From contig JBBDIZ010000036.1 of the NCBI GenBank assembly GCA_040880145.1, positions 1 to 22,918 on the forward strand: DNA of 22,918 nt, given 5' to 3'. Shown here in pieces: positions 17,817 through 22,918 of the stretch. The translations under genes and the position numbers were made by a program. Positions within the stretch are counted from its first letter, which is position 1. Each line of letters opens with the position of its first letter. The stretch is from Simkaniaceae bacterium. GTDB lineage: Bacteria > Chlamydiota > Chlamydiia > Chlamydiales > JAJFMI01. The notes beneath the pieces are model-generated. The model searched no databases and had not been told where the DNA came from. It saw only the letters and a list, made by a program, of their open reading frames with translations.

Positions 17817-18789
17817 AATATTTATTTATATGATATTGAATTACTGGTGCAAAAGTAGGGCTTAAGAAATCATGATCAAAAAAACTGGCATCTGGATGGG
17901 GGTCAAGTATTGTTAATTCATCTCTGTGCCTCATCTTCCCAACAATATCAAAGTGGGTGACAAAATCACGCCTACTCATATAGTTATAGGATTGGAAGCA
18001 TAACTTTCTAGGTATAATCTCCGCAGGAGCAATCGCTAAAACAATAATGCGTTGTCGAACTTCCTCTGAAGATGTTAGTAGTGCATTTTTGACATGAGTA
18101 GCTCCATGACTATGGCAGTACTGAAGAATTTTTACTTCAGGTCCAAATATTGTAAATAGAAGATGCCAGTCATCTTTTATTTTCTGGGTCGGAGGGGTCA
18201 TGATTCCAGCGCGCCCTAGGACAGAATCAATGAGATCCCCAATCATGCTATTTGATGCATTATAAACCCCATAAACTTTCGCCCCTCCTGCATACCCGCT
18301 TAAGTATTATGCTTTTGCCATTGACTCTTCTTTTGTATTGGCTATTCCATTGACAAAACTGATGGCGCCATTTGGTAAATCAAATGAACCGACTTGAAAA
18401 GATTCTGATTGGGTAAGATTATGGTCATAACAATAATCAGAAAGCCGATTTAAAGCCCCAACAGTTTGGCTATAACCGGTAATGTGATCTAATCCCGCAA
18501 TAACTGTAGGCTTACTTGTTTGATAAACATTTGAAGCAAATCGTCCATCGGGGTCGAAATAATTCACAGGATCTCCACTTGCATAGGCATATAGATCCAT
18601 GCAGATAGGATGTCCAACGGGATCGGGGCTAATAAATCTTCCGGCTTTTGGATCGTAATACCTTTTTCCCATCAAGATAAGACCTGTGGGATCTAAGCTT
18701 TTGCTGTGCCAGGAGAGCGACTGTGCATAGGAGAAGAGGTCGGATGGCATCGATGGTTGATTCTGGGGGCCGTATGATGAGCAAATGCG
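17662..18789. repeat. Direct duplication, copy A (main Rhs end + start of immunity gene)
   Basis: Same alignment as copy B; carries the extra 234 bp at 17987-18220. Confidence 0.92.
17797..18306 (-). pseudogene. Distal part of Rhs toxin tip (alpha/beta-hydrolase-like), cut off by a premature stop
   Basis: In frame with 18307..22917 across a single TAA. Reads YLSGYAGGAKVYGVYNASNSMIGDLIDSV...ILQYCHSHGA...DFVTHFD...DHDF..P. The same codon is CAA in the duplicate (16705-16707). Confidence 0.85.
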
Positions 18790-21700
18790 TGAGGTATATT
18801 GCAAATCATTTTCTGAAATAACGGCTATGAGTTCATTTAAGGTATTATGCATCAGGTAAACAGAAGCATCTGTTTCATCGATTATGGCATCGCAAGAATC
18901 CGGTCCATAGAATTTCCAATAGGTTTTGTCCCCACGCTGGATCCCAATTTCTTGAAATTCCTTCTCAGGATCATGAAAAGAGATTGTGGTGATTGTTGGG
19001 CTATTTGCTGGAGTATGACGCGTCTGAAGCCGTCTTCCGAACGCATCATAAGATGCTTCCCAGGTAAAGGCTGGATCTATAACTTTAAGAAGTCGCCCCC
19101 AAGGATCCCATTCGAACTGTTTTTGTCCTTGAGAGGTGACTTGTCCCATTGAGTCATAATTTGTTGTTAAGGAGAATTTCTCAGTAATTTCTGCAATCAC
19201 TCTGCCAAAGGCGTCTAGACCGTTTTGAGGAACTTGAGAATTAGGTGCTGCAGTTCGGGTCCCTGTTCCAATATTTCTAAAATCAAACTCATACCTCTCC
19301 TTATCGGCTGTTTGTAAATGTCCTCGTTGGGTATAGGTGAACTGTTTTTGGGTGGAGGGAGCGGAATAAGTGGAAAGCTTTCCAGATGGATTCCACTCTA
19401 AGGTTTCTTGCGTGTTGCCGGTTGGAAGGTGGATTTGGACAATTTCCGGAAGCCCTGCAAAATTGTAATGCATCACTTTGTGTGTGAGCGGAGTCGTTTT
19501 GGTCTTAAGCATTCCACTTCGATCATAGGTATAGGCAAGTCGTGTTCTTCCAGAAGCGACTTCAGTAAGTCGATTGTTTTGGTAAACAAATGTTCGTTCA
19601 TGATTCCCGATTCGTAAGTGTCGCATCCCGGGCTCCCACTCTTGGTGGGTTTCTTGGATTAGCTCAGAATTGAGATGAGTAGACTCATAAATAAGGTGGC
19701 CATCTTCATCATAAGAGCGCTTGACTTCAGAATGTTCTTCATGTGGAGAATGGAACCAGCTCGATATCCAAGAAATGCTTTGAGATCCAATCTGCGTAAG
19801 CGAAAGAAGAATCCCTCTTGGGTCATAAGTGTAGGCTCGCTGCCATCCATCTACACTTTCTTGTATGAGTCTGTTATGGGAGTCATATTCATACTCGCGC
19901 ATGCGTCCCATAGGATCTTTGCTCTCTTTGAGCAAACCTTCTTTATAGGTGTATTCCCACTGCTGGGTACTTTCTCTTCCAGAATATAGTCTCTCTGAGA
20001 TTTTTCTTCCCATGGAGTCGTATGAGGCTTTCCAAATATTCCCGTTTGGAAATTGTACCTTTGTCAAATTCGAGTCGAGATCGTAATCAAATGTGAGCAA
20101 AGCGCCATCTGGAAGCTCTTTTTGGACCACGCGTCCAAGTCCATCAAATCTCCGGCGTGTTACTTGCCCTTCACCATCGATAATGGCAACGCAATTTCCT
20201 AAGGCATCATATTCAAACGTCTCTATAATGCTGCCTTTTTGGATCTTAATCGGCTTTCCAAGAGCATTCATCCAAGTAAGGGTGATTTGCCTATCTCCTT
20301 GAACACTTTTTTGAATGTCTGCCTCCGTGTCATATGTACAAAAGCCTGAGCTAAGCTTCTGATCCTCTACATCATAGACAACATAATCTTTAATACGCCC
20401 CCCTTCATAGCTTGTGAGGGTAGTTTCACCATTTGGGAGACTGCCTATAACTATACCAAAAACGTAGTCATATGTGGTTTCTTCTCCAGTTGGAGTCTTT
20501 TCTGTTTTGATGCGATTTAGACTGTCGTAGGTTTTTTCAAAGATGTAGCCGGCCCTGTCTGTAAAGGCAATAAGATTGCCCCTAGCATCGTACTTCCGAA
20601 CTTCAGTTTCTCCTGTATCTATGTGTCTGCGAGTAACCTGAGCATTGATATGGTCATAATGGATTTCCCAAGTGATGCCGTTTTTAGTTTCTAAAATGGG
20701 ACGGGAAAAAAGATCATAAATAATCGAGGTTTTGGTTCCATCGGGATAAATTTCTTCTTTTAGGAGGCCGTTTGTTGTGTAAAGTCTTGTGGTTTTGGCG
20801 CCTGTTGGGGTTGTAATCGTTTCAACAAATCCACCGGGCTCATAGGTGAATTGCGTCGTATGATTTTCTTTTGTTTCAAAGAGAACATTTCCTAAAGCAT
20901 CATATTCTCTATAGGTTGTATAGCCCAAAGGATCGACTTCTTCGGTTAAGTACCCACGGGCATCATATTCAAAAAGAGTATAGGCAACTTTTTGACTTGG
21001 GGCTAACTGCTGTCTCTTAGCTTTGATTTGGCCGGAAGAGTGGTAGTCAAAATAGGTGGTATTTTGAGCATTTGCCGTTTGTTGCCAAATAGGCTGATTA
21101 TTCAGATTATATCCGATATAGTTCGCAGAGAGGAGCTCGCCTATGGAAGAAAATCGATGTGCCTCTATTAAGTTGCCCATGATGTCATACACATTTTTTT
21201 CTGTAGTATCTTCTGTGATAACTTGGATGCACTGGCCTTGGGCATTATAGATGTATTTTGTAACAACGTCGGGATTCTCTGTTCCTGTTTCTTGCGTTTT
21301 TTGGATGGGGAATCCTCTTGCATCGTACTGCAGGCAGGTGTAGCTTCCGTTATTGTTTTCTTTTTCAAGCAGGCCTTGAGTGTTGTATTCAAAATCTATA
21401 TAGGAGACGAGGTGATTGCTGCTGTATTTTTCGATTCTTTTGGGTAAATAGGGAAAGTCTCTGTCGTAAGTTGTAATGATCTTTTGTTTTAAGATCTCTT
21501 CTTGAATGCAAAGGTTGAGATCATTAAACTTGAGCTTTTTAACAATGGTAGTTTGCCCATCACCTGTAAGATCGTCCCCTTGTAATGAGATCTGAATGGG
21601 ATTGCCTTTCTCATCGTAAAGATAAGAAGTTTTTAGTCCTCTTTTATCGGTTGTCGACTTTAAAGACCGCCTTGCCGCCCCTGCTTCATTCCATGGCTGA

Positions 21701-22917
21701 ATGGTTTCGGACTTTGCATCAAACCACGACTCTTCATCGACAAACCAAGATTGTAGTGTTACCACTTTTAAAGGATCGACGATTTTATAAATCTGCTTTT
21801 GAAAGATTTTATAAGTCGTCTTTCCACCAGCTGCATCCGTGACAATGGTGGTGTCGTCTCCGTACTCAAAGCGAGCGGTCACTACCATCTCTTGGCGAGG
21901 TCCCATGGGGGATCTTTGCTCGGTGACTCTGCCTTCGTTGTCATAAACATTTTCTAGAACTTGCCCAAGGGGTTTCGTTTCACGAAAAAGGCAGTGTGCT
22001 TTATCATACTCATAAGTGACCGCTGCGGTGCTCGGGAGGACAACTTTGACAAGATCACCTCGGGAATTATAACTGTAAGAAATTCTTCTTCCATCTTTAG
22101 CATAGATTTCAGAGATTTTTCCTGTCTCGTTGTACTCGAATCTCAAAAACTCTCCATAAGAGCTTTCAATGCGATGAAGCCGATCATTGCGATAAAAAAA
22201 TGTAAGCGTGGCGCCTCTAGCATTTACCCATTTGCAGAGGAGTCCATCCTCAAAAAAGCGCTTGGATCCATCCGCTCCATAAAGGATGTCATTTTCAACG
22301 TAGGCATGAAAAGGACTTGCTGATGAACCAATTCCTTCTTGGTTGAAATTGCAAAGATCGGGATTATCTTCCGGAAATACTTCCCACCTGGAAGTTGAAG
22401 CATTGTAACTATAGCAAATAATTGTGCCATCAGATTCGGCTGCATAGAGTTTACCGTCTTGATTTACAAGGAAAGGATTTAAACTAAGTTTCCATCCTGC
22501 TCCAAGCTTTCCCATCAGAGGATTTTTGCTATTGTAATTACGTCTGATTTCTAAAGGGAATGGGCCCGGAAGGACAAGATCGATTTCATCGACGTAAAAG
22601 CTGCCTGTAACAATATCGACAGGATCAGCCACGTGGTTCCACATGGATTTATGTTCGATGCGAACATCACTCTCCCATCTTGTCTTTTCCGGCAGTGGAA
22701 TACTTGTATCAAACCTTGAGGGAACTTCAAGTTTATAACTATTCCCATAACCATTGTAATCTGGAACCAACTGCCACTTAGGAACAATCGATGGAATACT
22801 TGTATCAAATTCTGGGGGAACTTCAAGTTTATAGCTATTCCCATAGCCATTGTAATCGGGAATCAACTGCCACTTAGGAACAATCGATGGAATACTTGTA
22901 TCAAATTCTGGGGGAAC
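18307..22917 (-). CDS. Rhs/YD-repeat protein (5'-partial, 3'-truncated by nonsense codon)
   Basis: DPVDIVTGSF...DL.LPG...LEIRRNYNS...LGAGW (DUF6531-type Rhs N-flank), many YD repeats, and Rhs core end GLILMGKRYYDP..GRFISPDP..LYAY...DPVNYFDPDG. The frame is open upstream of 22866 to the window edge (VPPEFDTSIPSIVPKWQL). Confidence 0.93.
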   Translation of the reverse strand, partial: VPPEFDTSIPSIVPKWQLIPDYNGYGNSYKLEVPPEFDTSIPSIVPKWQLVPDYNGYGNSYKLEVPSRFDTSIPLPEKTRWESDVRIEHKSMWNHVADPVDIVTGSFYVDEIDLVLPGPFPLEIRRNYNSKNPLMGKLGAGWKLSLNPFLVNQDGKLYAAESDGTIICYSYNASTSRWEVFPEDNPDLCNFNQEGIGSSASPFHAYVENDILYGADGSKRFFEDGLLCKWVNARGATLTFFYRNDRLHRIESSYGEFLRFEYNETGKISEIYAKDGRRISYSYNSRGDLVKVVLPSTAAVTYEYDKAHCLFRETKPLGQVLENVYDNEGRVTEQRSPMGPRQEMVVTARFEYGDDTTIVTDAAGGKTTYKIFQKQIYKIVDPLKVVTLQSWFVDEESWFDAKSETIQPWNEAGAARRSLKSTTDKRGLKTSYLYDEKGNPIQISLQGDDLTGDGQTTIVKKLKFNDLNLCIQEEILKQKIITTYDRDFPYLPKRIEKYSSNHLVSYIDFEYNTQGLLEKENNNGSYTCLQYDARGFPIQKTQETGTENPDVVTKYIYNAQGQCIQVITEDTTEKNVYDIMGNLIEAHRFSSIGELLSANYIGYNLNNQPIWQQTANAQNTTYFDYHSSGQIKAKRQQLAPSQKVAYTLFEYDARGYLTEEVDPLGYTTYREYDALGNVLFETKENHTTQFTYEPGGFVETITTPTGAKTTRLYTTNGLLKEEIYPDGTKTSIIYDLFSRPILETKNGITWEIHYDHINAQVTRRHIDTGETEVRKYDARGNLIAFTDRAGYIFEKTYDSLNRIKTEKTPTGEETTYDYVFGIVIGSLPNGETTLTSYEGGRIKDYVVYDVEDQKLSSGFCTYDTEADIQKSVQGDRQITLTWMNALGKPIKIQKGSIIETFEYDALGNCVAIIDGEGQVTRRRFDGLGRVVQKELPDGALLTFDYDLDSNLTKVQFPNGNIWKASYDSMGRKISERLYSGRESTQQWEYTYKEGLLKESKDPMGRMREYEYDSHNRLIQESVDGWQRAYTYDPRGILLSLTQIGSQSISWISSWFHSPHEEHSEVKRSYDEDGHLIYESTHLNSELIQETHQEWEPGMRHLRIGNHERTFVYQNNRLTEVASGRTRLAYTYDRSGMLKTKTTPLTHKVMHYNFAGLPEIVQIHLPTGNTQETLEWNPSGKLSTYSAPSTQKQFTYTQRGHLQTADKERYEFDFRNIGTGTRTAAPNSQVPQNGLDAFGRVIAEITEKFSLTTNYDSMGQVTSQGQKQFEWDPWGRLLKVIDPAFTWEASYDAFGRRLQTRHTPANSPTITTISFHDPEKEFQEIGIQRGDKTYWKFYGPDSCDAIIDETDASVYLMHNTLNELIAVISENDLQYTSRICSSYGPQNQPSMPSDLFSYAQSLSWHSKSLDPTGLILMGKRYYDPKAGRFISPDPVGHPICMDLYAYASGDPVNYFDPDGRFASNVYQTSKPTVIAGLDHITGYSQTVGALNRLSDYCYDHNLTQSESFQVGSFDLPNGAISFVNGIANTKEESMAKA

Positions 22918-22918
22918 T
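22696..22918 (-). repeat. 96-bp (32-aa) in-frame tandem repeat in the Rhs N-terminal region, truncated by window edge
   Basis: TGGAATACTTGTATCAAA recurs at 22696, 22792 and 22888. Unit is (I/V)PDYNGYGNSYKLEVP(PE/SR)FDTSIPSIVPKWQL; at least 2.3 copies. Confidence 0.95.

Noticed and set aside
17987..18220. The 234-bp segment as a MITE, intein or insertion in the main copy
   Set aside because: It encodes the CHSHG core in frame and has no terminal inverted repeats or intein motifs, so loss from the orphan is more parsimonious.
18307..18309. TAA recoded as Gln (alternative genetic code)
   Set aside because: TAA is the normal stop of many intact genes here (e.g. hemL, mlaD, yqgE). A single C>T nonsense change or a sequencing error is simpler.
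16294..18789. Diversity-generating retroelement TR/VR pair
   Set aside because: No reverse transcriptase in the window. The few differences are C/T on the coding strand, run in both directions and are mostly synonymous, not adenine-specific.
18847..22850. Short antisense or alternate-frame ORFs inside the Rhs gene (and similar 60-120 aa ORFs inside other genes)
   Set aside because: They lie fully within long, motif-supported genes and show no recognisable motifs, so they are treated as shadow ORFs.
22864..22866. Start codon of the Rhs gene at 22866
   Set aside because: This is an internal TTG (Leu) of the repeat unit, and the frame stays open to the window edge.
22696..22918. Possible CRISPR array
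   Set aside because: The units are contiguous 96-bp near-identical in-frame coding repeats with no unique spacers, and no cas genes are present.

Overview
A 22.9 kb window that most likely comes from an environmental member of the Chlamydiae. This is inferred from gene content and order, not from a search. Left to right: a partial AT-rich ORF running off the left edge; hemL; a four-gene type III secretion translocon cassette (unknown/possible tip protein, SycD/LcrH chaperone, CopB-like, CopD-like); mlaE-mlaF-mlaD; yqgE; an AT-rich orphan; a 723-aa protein with a degenerate CX5R phosphatase-like loop; an exported hypothetical protein; a DHA2 MFS transporter; and two tandem membrane-anchored kinase-like paralogs. 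The last ~7.7 kb is an Rhs polymorphic-toxin locus. Its Rhs gene is open to the right edge, carries 96-bp/32-aa tandem repeats upstream of the Rhs body, and ends in an alpha/beta-hydrolase (lipase-like) toxin tip, followed by three paralogous exported immunity-like genes and an orphan tip cassette. The two copies of the toxin tip carry complementary lesions: a CAA>TAA stop in the full-length copy and an in-frame 234-bp deletion of the catalytic serine segment in the orphan copy.
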